The notes under the pieces were generated by a model, which had not been told where the DNA came from, searched no databases, and saw only the letters and a program-made list of their open reading frames with translations. The translations under genes were made by a program, and so were the position numbers. A stretch of DNA of 64,000 bases from IMG/VR virus record IMGVR_UViG_3300045131_000274; one strand, 5' to 3'. Every line of letters starts with the position of its first letter. The first letter of the stretch is position 1. Shown piece after piece: positions 18,121 through 27,588 of the stretch. Origin of the DNA: an uncultured virus (IMG/VR IMGVR_UViG_3300045131_000274) (Duplodnaviria > Heunggongvirae > Uroviricota > Caudoviricetes).

Positions 18121-21104
18121 TAGAACGTCGTTTCCGTCGTTTCCGCCTTGCATACCCAGCGTATAGTTGTAGATGCCGCACCTGTTACCGTTACCGCAAG
18201 ACCACCATTCGTAGTGTCAGCAGTTAAAGCGATAACCCACGCAGTAGCCCCTGCTGTTGCCGCCACTCGGTTAATTGCGGGTGTTCCAATCAGCACAGTC
18301 GATGCCGCATTAGCACCTCGCATGATTGCACCTTCAAAAGACCAAGAAGCACCATTAGCCGCACCTGTTACGTTAGCAATGACAGAGCCTTTGAACGCAT
18401 AGGCAGAGTTGTTGGGTAGGATAATCTGGTTGTTTGTGCTGGCGGCAGATGCGTTTGAACGCAATACAGTAGCTGTAGCGTCTGTTGTTTGAACCGCTAA
18501 AACAAGCAAACTTGATTGAGCTAATGCAAGAGTTCCACCCAAAGGTGTTTGTGAACCAAAAACAGAAATACCTTCTATGCCTCGTGTAGAGGCAAAGTTA
18601 CCCCCAAGAGTTGCACTGTAGGCACTATTTGCAATGTTGTTATAACCACCAATAGACGTTGCACCAAAGCTTGTAGCCTGATTATTAACACCGCCAGATA
18701 CTACAGAGTATGTACCACTTGCAATAGAACCAGAGCCACCACCAACAAATGCGTATTGTCCACTTGCTAAACCGTTAATGCCACCACCAATAAAACTCCA
18801 ATCACCAGAGGCAACATTTCTTTGTGACGCAGTGCCTGCATTGCCTCCGCCCCCGATGAAACTGTAACTTCCAGTTGCCTGATTGTTACCACCGCCTACT
18901 ACTACACCGTGTGGTGTAAAAAAGGATAGGGTTGATGTTGATGAACCGCTTGCTACTTGGGATAGGGTTAGGCTTGTTCCTGAAACTGCGGCAACGTAAG
19001 TGTTAGTGGCAATGGAAGTTCCCGTGATGTACTGACCAACTTTAATGCTTGCATTTGACCCTGACAATGTGACCGCAGTTGTTGCGTTCATTGTGCCTGA
19101 TTGCGTGGTTACTGCGGCTAGTGCTGTTCCACTATTTGCTTGACCGCCACCAATAAAATTAAAAGCACCAGCGGCAGTATTTCCATATCCACCAACTAAA
19201 GCAGACATCCAATTTGATGCCGTATTTGATGCGCCACCACTTATAGATGCGCCTTGATTACTGGCTGTATTTGACTGTCCACCACCGACAAATGATGTAA
19301 AGTTATTTGATGTGTTTGCATACCCGCCAGCAATGTTTGCAGTAAATCCACTAGCACTATTGTTATACCCGCCACCAACTACAGAATAAGCACCGCTTGC
19401 AACAGAACTTGCACTTGCCCTTAATGTCTGCCAATCAACAGCATTAACACCGCGGGCATTACCACCAGTAGCAGTAGAGTCTGTCTGTTGGGCTTGGAGT
19501 GCGCCAGTACCTTTTGGTTGTAGGACTAATGGGATGTTGGTGTCTGAGCCAAGAGCAGAAACGACAGGCGCAACACCTGTAGCACCACCAGTAACATTTA
19601 AATAATTAACTACAGATGCCGTGCTTGTAATACGCATCTGATTAAGTGTTGTGCCATCAGATGTATTAAAAAGAATTACGCCACCACCTGATGATTGAAC
19701 ATACAAGTTTTGGTTGGGTGCTGTTAGTTTAATTGCGTTACTAGCAGAATCTCTGGCAATAGAAAATGTACCGCCATTGACGTTGTTGATGACACTGCCT
19801 GTTCCTTTTGGGGTCAGGTTTAGGTCTATGTTGGTGTCTGAGCCTGCAACAGAATGAATAGGGCCAGAGCCTGTAGCAGACCCTGTTAGTTGATGGTAAT
19901 TTACTTGGCTAGAAGTTATGCTTGTTTTTAATGCTGGTGAACCTGCCGCATTTAAAGATAAATCAATAATTCCTGTTGAGCCAATGCGTTGTCGAATAAA
20001 GTTAAAACCGCCAGTTCTAATCCCCAAATCTAAACCAACTTCACTATCGCTACCTTGACCTGTAATAACTGGATTAGTAGTTGTAGTTGCCCCCGTTACT
20101 TGTACATAGTTAACAGCAGAGGCGGTGTGGGATATAGCGGCCTGTGTAGTACCACCACCATTAGTTCTAACAAAGATAGTGCCTGTACCATTTGAACCAA
20201 GCGAAAGATTTGCGTTTGTACTACCTTGAGCAACAATGTAGGGGGTAGTTCCACCACTCAACTGAACAAAACCAGTGCCTGATGAATCAGCAACACGCAC
20301 CATTTCACCAGTGCCTGTATTAAATTTATGCGACCCAGTACCCTTGGTAGTGTAGTTAATGTCTATGTTTGTGTCTGAGCCTTGCGCTGATAGAACAGGG
20401 CCAGAACCAGTGGCGGCTCCTGTAACTTGTAAGTTATTTACCGCTGATGTTGTGTGAGTTACTGAAAATTGTTTTTGTCCAAATGCGTTGGTATAGGTTG
20501 AAACCTCTGCGCCACCTTTTGAAGAAAACAAAAGACCAGAAGAAGTTGCAGAGCCGTCTGTTGATAAGTAACCAAAACCAAAAGGAGAGCCAAATACTTT
20601 TACATAAGCGTTAGGAGCAGAAATTGGTGTAGTAACACGAAAAGATTCACTACCTGCCACACCACCTAAAGAAGTCTGCCCAGTAGCAGTCAGCGTAGTG
20701 AACGTACCAGCCGCAGGGGTTGTGCCGCCAATGACTGTGTTGTTAATCGTGCCGCCTGTGATGGGGTAGCCATCTACATTGCCTGTCTCGTTCTCATAAA
20801 CAGCCCGACCTGCGGGGTAGTCAACAAATACATCTTTAGTGCCTATGGAAAAGTTAACCAGCGATCCACCATTGCTAGATGCCAACACTGTATCCCGCGA
20901 CAGTAAAGCCCCGCTGGCTGTATATGTGCCAATGCCCACCTCATACTCAGTGCCCGTATAGGCAACAATGGTGTAGTACGTGGTGTTTCCGTTACCTATA
21001 ACGGCGAAGCTCTGGCAACTGGGTACCGCTCCAAGCAGGGTGATTGTCCCTGTGCCTGCGGTAGTTGTCGTCTCCCTAACACGGTCGGCAAGGACAAGCG
21101 CCAT
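18120..21104 (-). CDS. Tail fibre protein 1 (994 aa) with N-terminal virion-attachment domain
   Basis: MALVLADRVRETTTTAGTG N-terminus. Shares repeats and C-terminal domain with fibre 2. Confidence 0.85.
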   Translation of the reverse strand: MALVLADRVRETTTTAGTGTITLLGAVPSCQSFAVIGNGNTTYYTIVAYTGTEYEVGIGTYTASGALLSRDTVLASSNGGSLVNFSIGTKDVFVDYPAGRAVYENETGNVDGYPITGGTINNTVIGGTTPAAGTFTTLTATGQTSLGGVAGSESFRVTTPISAPNAYVKVFGSPFGFGYLSTDGSATSSGLLFSSKGGAEVSTYTNAFGQKQFSVTHTTSAVNNLQVTGAATGSGPVLSAQGSDTNIDINYTTKGTGSHKFNTGTGEMVRVADSSGTGFVQLSGGTTPYIVAQGSTNANLSLGSNGTGTIFVRTNGGGTTQAAISHTASAVNYVQVTGATTTTNPVITGQGSDSEVGLDLGIRTGGFNFIRQRIGSTGIIDLSLNAAGSPALKTSITSSQVNYHQLTGSATGSGPIHSVAGSDTNIDLNLTPKGTGSVINNVNGGTFSIARDSASNAIKLTAPNQNLYVQSSGGGVILFNTSDGTTLNQMRITSTASVVNYLNVTGGATGVAPVVSALGSDTNIPLVLQPKGTGALQAQQTDSTATGGNARGVNAVDWQTLRASASSVASGAYSVVGGGYNNSASGFTANIAGGYANTSNNFTSFVGGGQSNTASNQGASISGGASNTASNWMSALVGGYGNTAAGAFNFIGGGQANSGTALAAVTTQSGTMNATTAVTLSGSNASIKVGQYITGTSIATNTYVAAVSGTSLTLSQVASGSSTSTLSFFTPHGVVVGGGNNQATGSYSFIGGGGNAGTASQRNVASGDWSFIGGGINGLASGQYAFVGGGSGSIASGTYSVVSGGVNNQATSFGATSIGGYNNIANSAYSATLGGNFASTRGIEGISVFGSQTPLGGTLALAQSSLLVLAVQTTDATATVLRSNASAASTNNQIILPNNSAYAFKGSVIANVTGAANGASWSFEGAIMRGANAASTVLIGTPAINRVAATAGATAWVIALTADTTNGGLAVTVTGAASTTIRWVCKAETTETTF

Positions 21105-21106
21105 AT

Positions 21107-21685
21107 TTAACCTGCCAAGCTAAGTGTGTATGTAATGTTCAGTGTGTCGCCAGATACAACCGTCCGGTCGCCGGGTGATTGGAAATCAGCGGCAGAAAAC
21201 AGTGTGCCCGTTGTCCCGCCCTTTGTGTCATCGCTAATCAAGAACGCCCCGCCTACAGTAGCAGTTGCATTGATGTTAAACGCCGCCACAGAAGCCGAGT
21301 TTGTAGCCACCGAGGGGTTAGCTGTTGTTGCCGTAGCAAACGAGCATGTAGGACGTACACCGTTACTGTAAGGCGTAATCTCTGTCCAGCCTGCGTGAGA
21401 GGCTGCCGTATCCCCAGCCGCCGGTGTATTAGAAGCACCCGCCCCGTACAAACCTAAGTACCAAGTTGTGATCTGTGTAACTGAAGTCAGAGCACTGCCT
21501 GCCATGTACTGAAGACCTGTGTTGACCACCAAGTTGTGCTCTGTTGCAGTCCACTTAACCTGACCATCCGCGCCCACACACTCCATCGTGAAGCGGCCTA
21601 AAGCCATTGCAGACTCGCCCGAACGTGTGCCACACACCAGCCCTGCGGCCACAACATCTTTACCTGTAACTTTTTCGTGTGACAT
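21107..21685 (-). CDS. Structural (tail) protein
   Basis: NLVVNTG...WYLGL...GTLFSA...GDTLNITY, in the structural operon. Confidence 0.65.
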   Translation of the reverse strand: MSHEKVTGKDVVAAGLVCGTRSGESAMALGRFTMECVGADGQVKWTATEHNLVVNTGLQYMAGSALTSVTQITTWYLGLYGAGASNTPAAGDTAASHAGWTEITPYSNGVRPTCSFATATTANPSVATNSASVAAFNINATATVGGAFLISDDTKGGTTGTLFSAADFQSPGDRTVVSGDTLNITYTLSLAG

Positions 21686-21693
21686 AGAAACCT

Positions 21694-22110
21694 TTAATTA
21701 GAACTACGAATCAACGCCGATGTCGCTGTGTTCGCGGGCATAGTGATTGTAAAGTTAGTAGAAGTTTTGTCAGACCCAAAGTCCAACACGGCGATAGATT
21801 TATTACCTTGGGTAAAGTTGTAAATCAACGCACAACGAGCCGTCACCGAGGCGTTAAACACAACATCCGCAAAATCCACATAAGCGGTATACCCAGATGA
21901 GTTAATGGTCACACCAGTCAAAGTTACACCGCCCGCCACATAACCACCACCGCTAACTTCATTGGTTGAGTCGTACACGGTCGTCGCTTCGTTTAAATCA
22001 GCGCTGGCGGTAAACAGAGCAATCTTCAATGTGTTTGTAGACAAATTGTGAACGCCCGTATACAACTCCGTTTTGAAGCTGGTGGTCTGGGTTTGTAGGA
22101 TGTAACTCAT
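21694..22110 (-). CDS. Structural (tail) protein
   Basis: SFKTEL...LKIALFT...GYVAGG...ALIYN...VLDFGSDK. Confidence 0.65.
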   Translation of the reverse strand: MSYILQTQTTSFKTELYTGVHNLSTNTLKIALFTASADLNEATTVYDSTNEVSGGGYVAGGVTLTGVTINSSGYTAYVDFADVVFNASVTARCALIYNFTQGNKSIAVLDFGSDKTSTNFTITMPANTATSALIRSSN

Positions 22111-22757
22111 GAAACAGCAATCCTAAGCTGGCCATCTCGGTATGCATCCATCCGTTGTTTGCCGTCTGCCAAGTTTTTATACAGAGCAATAGCCTGAACG
22201 TAGCGATCCTGCGCCAGCTTGACCATATCAGCCTCACCCTTCATGTAGGTGTAAGCTTCACAGATTGTCCCGTACAGCAATACAGAATCAAAGTTATCAC
22301 CTAGCCACGACGTACCAGCAGTCACAATGGACTCAGGGTAGTAGTAGAAATGCAACTCAACCGTGTAATTTGAATTCGGTGTAGGGCCAAGAATAAACGA
22401 CAACTCTGTAGAATCTAACGTGGACGGCCCGAAGATGGCGTAGTGCTTTGGCAAGCCCGTAGCAGATGAACTGGGATACGCTTCACGAATGAAGTTGACA
22501 TCTTTGTTCAGCAAATATTTGTAGTCACCAGCCGCATCCACCACTGCCAGTGAATACGTAGACAAAAAGTCGCCCGGAGCTGACAAGTACTTGTTATTGG
22601 TTGACAAAGTGCCTGTCATGTTCTTTCGCAAATTTGCTGGCTGCGCGGTGTTGTAGATGCGCTGCTCCGCCTGCTTAATGAAAATATTCATATCCACAGT
22701 TGGGAAAGAGTTCTCGCAGTAATCACTTACTGCCACGACAAGCTCGTTGTAGTTCAT
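22107..22757 (-). CDS. Head-tail adaptor / tail tubular protein A-like
   Basis: FIKQAEQRI...GLPKHYA...LGPTP...LLYG motifs. Confidence 0.65.
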   Translation of the reverse strand: MNYNELVVAVSDYCENSFPTVDMNIFIKQAEQRIYNTAQPANLRKNMTGTLSTNNKYLSAPGDFLSTYSLAVVDAAGDYKYLLNKDVNFIREAYPSSSATGLPKHYAIFGPSTLDSTELSFILGPTPNSNYTVELHFYYYPESIVTAGTSWLGDNFDSVLLYGTICEAYTYMKGEADMVKLAQDRYVQAIALYKNLADGKQRMDAYRDGQLRIAVS

Positions 22758-22764
22758 GTGTTTC

Positions 22765-23028
22765 TCAAGCCATTGGGCCGCGAGCCATCAAACCTTTAGT
22801 AGCCGCGCCTGTACCACGTACTTTGATACCAGACGTTTTAGCTGCCGGTTGTGGGCGGCGGTTAACGTTACCAATAGACATGTTGACTGTATTGGCATCA
22901 CTATGATCAGGGCCGCTTCCAGGATTCGTAGAAGCCGTCACCACTTTACCAGTCATGGTGTGTGGTGTAGCGTAGACTTTAGCATCGCCAACTTCTTTAC
23001 CCATCATCTTTTTGCTAAATGTAGCCAT
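22765..23028 (-). CDS. Small basic protein
   Basis: 87 aa, ends GIKVRGTGAATKGLMARGPMA. Confidence 0.7.
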   Translation of the reverse strand: MATFSKKMMGKEVGDAKVYATPHTMTGKVVTASTNPGSGPDHSDANTVNMSIGNVNRRPQPAAKTSGIKVRGTGAATKGLMARGPMA

Positions 23029-23030
23029 GA

Positions 23031-23219
23031 TTAACCTCGTTTCTGTGCGGCAATCTTTGCCAAGTTACGACCCATAGTCTTCATGTCTGAGTTAGTTTTA
23101 CCTTTACCAGCGCCTTTACCACCGTGCATCATGCCAGCGGTTGGGCCACTATTGCCAAGGTTTTTGCCTTCGGTTTTACCCTTTTTAGCAATGCCATCTG
23201 CTGATCGTGTGTATGCCAT
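23031..23219 (-). CDS. Small basic Gly/Lys-rich protein
   Basis: 62 aa with AGGAG RBS and SADGIAKKGKTEG motif. Confidence 0.7.
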   Translation of the reverse strand: MAYTRSADGIAKKGKTEGKNLGNSGPTAGMMHGGKGAGKGKTNSDMKTMGRNLAKIAAQKRG

Positions 23220-23229
23220 TTTAAGCTCC

Positions 23230-23613
23230 TTAAGATACCGTTACTGTACCGACAAACGTTGTCGCTATCAAGTAGTTCGGCGTTAAATCTGAATCAAAAA
23301 ACCTAGCCCCGCCTACGGGTGCCCAGCCCCATTGGATGTCTCTCGAACCACCAGACAAATTACCATTTGCATTTACACCAGACGTTACATATGTAGTGTC
23401 TTTACGGGGATTGCGCAGGGCCTGGGGATCATCTACGGGAAACGTACCTAACATTAACTGTGGCTGATCTGGGTCCCAACACTCAGGGCAAACCAACAAC
23501 TCATATTTGCGCTGCTTAATAATTTCTGTTTTAAGCTTTTTTAATTTGAACTGCTGGCCGCAACGATCACATTCAGCAATCGCTATCTTGCCGGATGCAA
23601 AACGATTACCCAT
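23230..23613 (-). CDS. Zn-ribbon protein of the head-tail region
   Basis: CDRCG...VCPECWDPDQPQ...DPQALRNPR. Confidence 0.7.
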   Translation of the reverse strand: MGNRFASGKIAIAECDRCGQQFKLKKLKTEIIKQRKYELLVCPECWDPDQPQLMLGTFPVDDPQALRNPRKDTTYVTSGVNANGNLSGGSRDIQWGWAPVGGARFFDSDLTPNYLIATTFVGTVTVS

Positions 23614-24539
23614 TATGAACCACCAATAAACATCTGGCGCGGCACAAACCGGACCGCCGCTTTTTCCCGATCTTCACCAGCTGCAATTTCAAACGTCTCG
23701 TCGTAAATCTGTTTAAGCATCTGGATGCGCGGCATTAGTTCCGGTACTTTAATGGCAATGTGGTACGCCAGGCCTGCAACCAAACATGGCAAAAACCGGA
23801 AATTCATATCTGCTGTTTCAACACCAGCGCCAGCATCTTGAACTCTACGCAGTCTGTAATACACAAATTGATATGGGGTGCTGTTATCTGGCGTTGGCCA
23901 GACTGTCACCGCCGGCAGCTGCGGCACAAAAACCGCAGTTGCAGTTAAATGCGATGCCGCCGTCGTGTTATTCTGGCCACGGAATACACCACCCAAAGTG
24001 TTTCCTGTTACGTACGTGTAATAGATGTCTTCTGAATCTATGCGAATAAATCCTGAGCCCGCCAATCCAACCACGGTATTCAGCGTAATTGTTGTTGCGG
24101 TAGAAGATAGGGCGCCATTCAACGTAGAACTTGTTGGGTTAGTTTCACCAGACAAACGCTGAATCCAAACTTGAATTGGCCTAGCCTGGCTAAGTTTATT
24201 GGGAATCGTAGCGTACGTAGAAACACTAATACGCGTAATTGTTAAGTCGGCTTGTGTAGACGAAGTATTGGCGCCAGTGCGAATCACATGCTCCAGCAAA
24301 TCAATAGTGTCTGTAGGCAAAGCATACGTAGATAAGCCAGGAGTCAGGTTAATTATTCCCTGTTCCATCGTCCACATGTTGATACCTTTGCTCTGCCACT
24401 CAATGGTCATGAGGTTCATTGACCTACGTGCTGTGCGCAGGTCATAACCAGATCTCATCTCCCGGCCGGCCCGCTCCCATGCCTCTTCAGCAATTTCACT
24501 AAAATCCATGTTGAAGAGGGTGGAGCCGGTAGTGGTCAT
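23613..24539 (-). CDS. Head-tail connector/adaptor-like protein with inserted beta domain
   Basis: EEAWERAG...ARRSMNL...VWPTPD...FRFLPCLVAGLAY. Confidence 0.65.
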   Translation of the reverse strand: MTTTGSTLFNMDFSEIAEEAWERAGREMRSGYDLRTARRSMNLMTIEWQSKGINMWTMEQGIINLTPGLSTYALPTDTIDLLEHVIRTGANTSSTQADLTITRISVSTYATIPNKLSQARPIQVWIQRLSGETNPTSSTLNGALSSTATTITLNTVVGLAGSGFIRIDSEDIYYTYVTGNTLGGVFRGQNNTTAASHLTATAVFVPQLPAVTVWPTPDNSTPYQFVYYRLRRVQDAGAGVETADMNFRFLPCLVAGLAYHIAIKVPELMPRIQMLKQIYDETFEIAAGEDREKAAVRFVPRQMFIGGS

Positions 24540-24784
24540 TTCTTGGCCGTCTTTGCAGAGTTAATAAAAGCCTGAGCTGTAGGCGCACCCTTTGAACCAG
24601 GCTTACGCATTTTTTCTTTCGATCCAGCGGCTATACGTTTTTTCTTTGCATTAATGTTGGCATACAAACCAACACCACCGCCATCAGCATATTGCGTAAA
24701 GTCGGTGTTATCTTTGCGGGCTTTTTTAGAACCTTTAGGCATTTTGCTTGGGGACATTGCCCCCATTCCACGGCTAGACATCAT
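24536..24784 (-). CDS. Small basic protein
   Basis: 82 aa: MMSSRGMG...YADGG...GLYANINAK. Confidence 0.7.
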   Translation of the reverse strand: MMSSRGMGAMSPSKMPKGSKKARKDNTDFTQYADGGGVGLYANINAKKKRIAAGSKEKMRKPGSKGAPTAQAFINSAKTAKK

Positions 24785-24957
24785 TTTGGATCACCTTTGG
24801 TTTTCTTAGCTAGAAACAATTTATCAACCATTTCTATCCGTTGAGGTTTAGTTGTCACTTTGTTAATAATACCCAACCGCTTGGATTTACTAGCACCGTA
24901 AAAACCCGCCTTCTTTAAAGACTTAACTACTTTAGCAGCTGGTTTTACGGTTGCCAT
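24781..24957 (-). CDS. Small basic protein
   Basis: Start MATVKP. Lys-rich, with an ATGA overlap. Confidence 0.6.
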   Translation of the reverse strand: MATVKPAAKVVKSLKKAGFYGASKSKRLGIINKVTTKPQRIEMVDKLFLAKKTKGDPK

Positions 24958-24958
24958 A

Positions 24959-25345
24959 TCAGCACATCCCGCCATTTTTCATGGTAATCATGGTGCCTTT
25001 AGTCTTGCCTTTTGTAGCGCAGCCATCGGCTCGTTTAGAGGCAGAACCCACTTTACCGCCACTAGCCATTTCACGGGGGGAAGGTGGCATGCGTTTTTCT
25101 TTGGTAAAAATACGAGCGTCTTGCTTATCTTCATACGCTTTAAGTTCCTTGGCTGTAGGGCCGCCTTGACCGCCACGCCCTGCGCCCGCTTTAGACGCGT
25201 TAGGGCCAATATAACGGTTTGCTCCGCTAACAGGTTTATCTGTTGGGAAAGACACCGTACTGTCGGGATCGTACTCATCAGATGCCATATCGGAGCCTTT
25301 GACCAAGTACTCGTAGTTAGCTGGTTTGCTTTTTTTAGTAGCCAT
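24959..25345 (-). CDS. Small basic protein with GG motifs
   Basis: AAGGA RBS. Contains MASGG, RADGCATKGKTKG and terminal MKNGGMC. Confidence 0.75.
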   Translation of the reverse strand: MATKKSKPANYEYLVKGSDMASDEYDPDSTVSFPTDKPVSGANRYIGPNASKAGAGRGGQGGPTAKELKAYEDKQDARIFTKEKRMPPSPREMASGGKVGSASKRADGCATKGKTKGTMITMKNGGMC

Positions 25346-25354
25346 GATAATTCC

Positions 25355-26038
25355 TTAGCAGGCCATGCCGCCTTTAGTCATCTTAACCATTGTGCCTTTG
25401 GTTTTGCCTTTAGTAGCAATACCATTAGCAGAAGAGCGGAAAGTGCCGCCTTTGGCTAGCTTGGTCATAGACTCACCTTTGTGCAAACGGCCTTCGTGTT
25501 TGTTCACGGCTTTCTGCATCATAGACTTGTCCATCTTGACATCTTTGTGGGCCATGCCGCCTTTGGCCATTTTACCTTTACCGTCAGCGGCAAAAGCTGG
25601 AACCTTTTGTCCATCTTTCATAACCATTGGCATACCGCCGTCTGCATATCCGCCCATATTCATCTTTTTCACGTTGCCACCTTTTTTGTAACTACCAAGA
25701 TCATCCGCGTTTGCGCGGTTACCAGCTAAACCTTTAACGTCAACACCACGCCCCTCGAGACGCTTTGCCGCCATTCCGGGGCCTAAACCACGCTCACGGC
25801 TATACGTTTTGTCATCGTCTTTGTTCATGTACAAAGATGATTTTACTCGTTTGACGTCATCATCAAATCCGGAATCTTTTGCTGCCATAGTTCCACCTTT
25901 AGAAAATTTACGGCCTTTATCAGCCGATGAAAAATCTTGTCCCACTGACTGTGGAACTCCTGCTTTCTTAGCAAACGATGGGTTGTTAGCCACCGCCGCC
26001 ATGAAATTATGTTGCTTCTTACTTGTGCTCGGCATCAT
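25355..26038 (-). CDS. Basic Met/Gly/Lys-rich protein with multiple GG motifs
   Basis: MPSTSKKQHNFMAAVANNP N-terminus and seven xxxGG motifs. Confidence 0.75.
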   Translation of the reverse strand: MMPSTSKKQHNFMAAVANNPSFAKKAGVPQSVGQDFSSADKGRKFSKGGTMAAKDSGFDDDVKRVKSSLYMNKDDDKTYSRERGLGPGMAAKRLEGRGVDVKGLAGNRANADDLGSYKKGGNVKKMNMGGYADGGMPMVMKDGQKVPAFAADGKGKMAKGGMAHKDVKMDKSMMQKAVNKHEGRLHKGESMTKLAKGGTFRSSANGIATKGKTKGTMVKMTKGGMAC

Positions 26039-26283
26039 TTCCCCGCTGAAAGAAGCTGGTCAATTTTTGCTTCAAGCTTGTTAAAGCGTTGGTCAATGTG
26101 GTTTGTAATGCGATCCACTTCTGCTTGAGTAACGTTATCACGGGCAACCTCCTCGCGTGTTTTGTTCAACAGAATACTGATACGGGCCAGCTCCCTGAAC
26201 TTTTCATTCATCATATAGCCCAGCAATCCAATCACCATTGACAGGACGGCAGACCAGGCGGTGTTTAGATCTAACAATTCCAA
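26035..26283 (-). CDS. Small TM/coiled-coil protein
   Basis: N-terminal hydrophobic segment, then LLNKTREE...LEAKIDQL. Confidence 0.65.
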   Translation of the reverse strand: MELLDLNTAWSAVLSMVIGLLGYMMNEKFRELARISILLNKTREEVARDNVTQAEVDRITNHIDQRFNKLEAKIDQLLSAGK

Positions 26284-26516
26284 GCCCTCAATGCTTTATT
26301 TATACGAGAATTTGGGTCTTTGGCCACTTCTGCGCTGGTGTTCTTCTTTTTGTGTCCACTCATCCTGGCACAGAAGGAGTCGCGCCTTGAGCCGCCTTCC
26401 GGCTGGGGAGGTTTCAAGTTCATACCTTGCGCTTTCGCGGAGGCCCGACCCTTGGCGTTCAAGCCGCCCTTCTCGGATTTGCCCTCTTTCCTCTGCCATG
26501 CTGGACTCTTAGCCAT
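26271..26516 (-). CDS. Small basic protein
   Basis: MAKSPAWQRKEGK..GGLNAKGRAS...SFCARM...ALRAWNC. Confidence 0.75.
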   Translation of the reverse strand: MAKSPAWQRKEGKSEKGGLNAKGRASAKAQGMNLKPPQPEGGSRRDSFCARMSGHKKKNTSAEVAKDPNSRINKALRAWNC

Positions 26517-26991
26517 AGAACACCGTAATATGCGTATTGGCTCCCAAGAAAAGTCGTATGCCGTAATGGGCAAGAATACCTTCTCCGGGAATATTTACGT
26601 TGTATGCAGTTTGATTTGACGAATCTATTTGCAATAGTACGTCATTGTATACGGTGACATTTCCGCTGGCTGCACCAGAATTGGCAACAGTAACAGTAAA
26701 CGTATTTGCAGTAGCCGCTGTTTGAACTTGATATGGATTGTCTGTTAAATCCCAATCCAAATAAACCCAATCACCCGCTTTTAGACCGTGATTGATAGCA
26801 GTAATTGTTGCTGTTGTAGTGGCTCTTGCGTAAGTCCCGCTAATACTAATGTTGTCAACCAAAACAGTGTACTCAGTAGCACCAGTAAAAGGAAAAACAA
26901 CCGCTCCCTTTAAACGAGTTCGGTATGGAACCATCAAGCCGGAAACCCCGCCATGCTGTGATTTAACGTCATATTGCATTGACATAATCAA
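26509..26991 (-). CDS. Virion structural protein
   Basis: AAGGAG RBS. Beta-rich, ends IPGEGIL...ITVFYG. Confidence 0.65.
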   Translation of the reverse strand: MIMSMQYDVKSQHGGVSGLMVPYRTRLKGAVVFPFTGATEYTVLVDNISISGTYARATTTATITAINHGLKAGDWVYLDWDLTDNPYQVQTAATANTFTVTVANSGAASGNVTVYNDVLLQIDSSNQTAYNVNIPGEGILAHYGIRLFLGANTHITVFYG

Positions 26992-26998
26992 TCTCCTT

Positions 26999-27020
26999 TA
27001 AAAAAGGGGCCGAAGCCCCT
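26999..27020 (-). terminator. Rho-independent terminator
   Basis: Minus strand AGGGGC-TTCG-GCCCCT followed by a T-run. Confidence 0.85.
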
Positions 27021-27028
27021 TGGGTTGA

Positions 27029-27577
27029 TTAGGAATCTGCAAATGGTGTAGCAACAGTGCCGGAACCAATAACGTTTCCAGTCACCATGTACTTGTCAGC
27101 AGCAACTGCAACAATTTGAATCCATGTGCCTGCAACGCCGCCGGTAGTTGTACCGTTCAAGTTGATAAAGTCATTGGAAGAGCCATTAGCAGAGAAGGCA
27201 ACCACAGCGCCAGATGAGTCTGAATCAATAGAGATCACAGCGCCAACGTACAAATCGCTAGAACCAGAAGTTGTACCAATTTTCAACGAGCTTGTAGAGA
27301 TGGTAGTAGGAACCCAGATTGTGTAAACAACGCCTTCGTTGTTAACTGTGCTTGGGTCTTGACCGGGGCCAGATGTAACAGAGTTTGCTGAAACGTTGAT
27401 TGCTGGCAAAGTCAAAGTGACTGCTGCTGCTAAAGAACCGCCAACAGAAATGATGCGACCGCCGTGAGCTTCGGGGCTTAATGTGGTGCTTGTTGTGATT
27501 TCAACGACAGACGCTGGGCCTTGTTGATAAATGCCGCCCAATGAACGAACTGGGCCTTGAAACGTAGTGCGTGCCAT
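27029..27577 (-). CDS. Virion structural/decoration protein
   Basis: MARTTFQGPVRS...TLPAI...NGTTTGG...ATPFADS, directly after the capsid gene. Confidence 0.7.
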   Translation of the reverse strand: MARTTFQGPVRSLGGIYQQGPASVVEITTSTTLSPEAHGGRIISVGGSLAAAVTLTLPAINVSANSVTSGPGQDPSTVNNEGVVYTIWVPTTISTSSLKIGTTSGSSDLYVGAVISIDSDSSGAVVAFSANGSSNDFINLNGTTTGGVAGTWIQIVAVAADKYMVTGNVIGSGTVATPFADS

Positions 27578-27588
27578 GATAATTCCTT

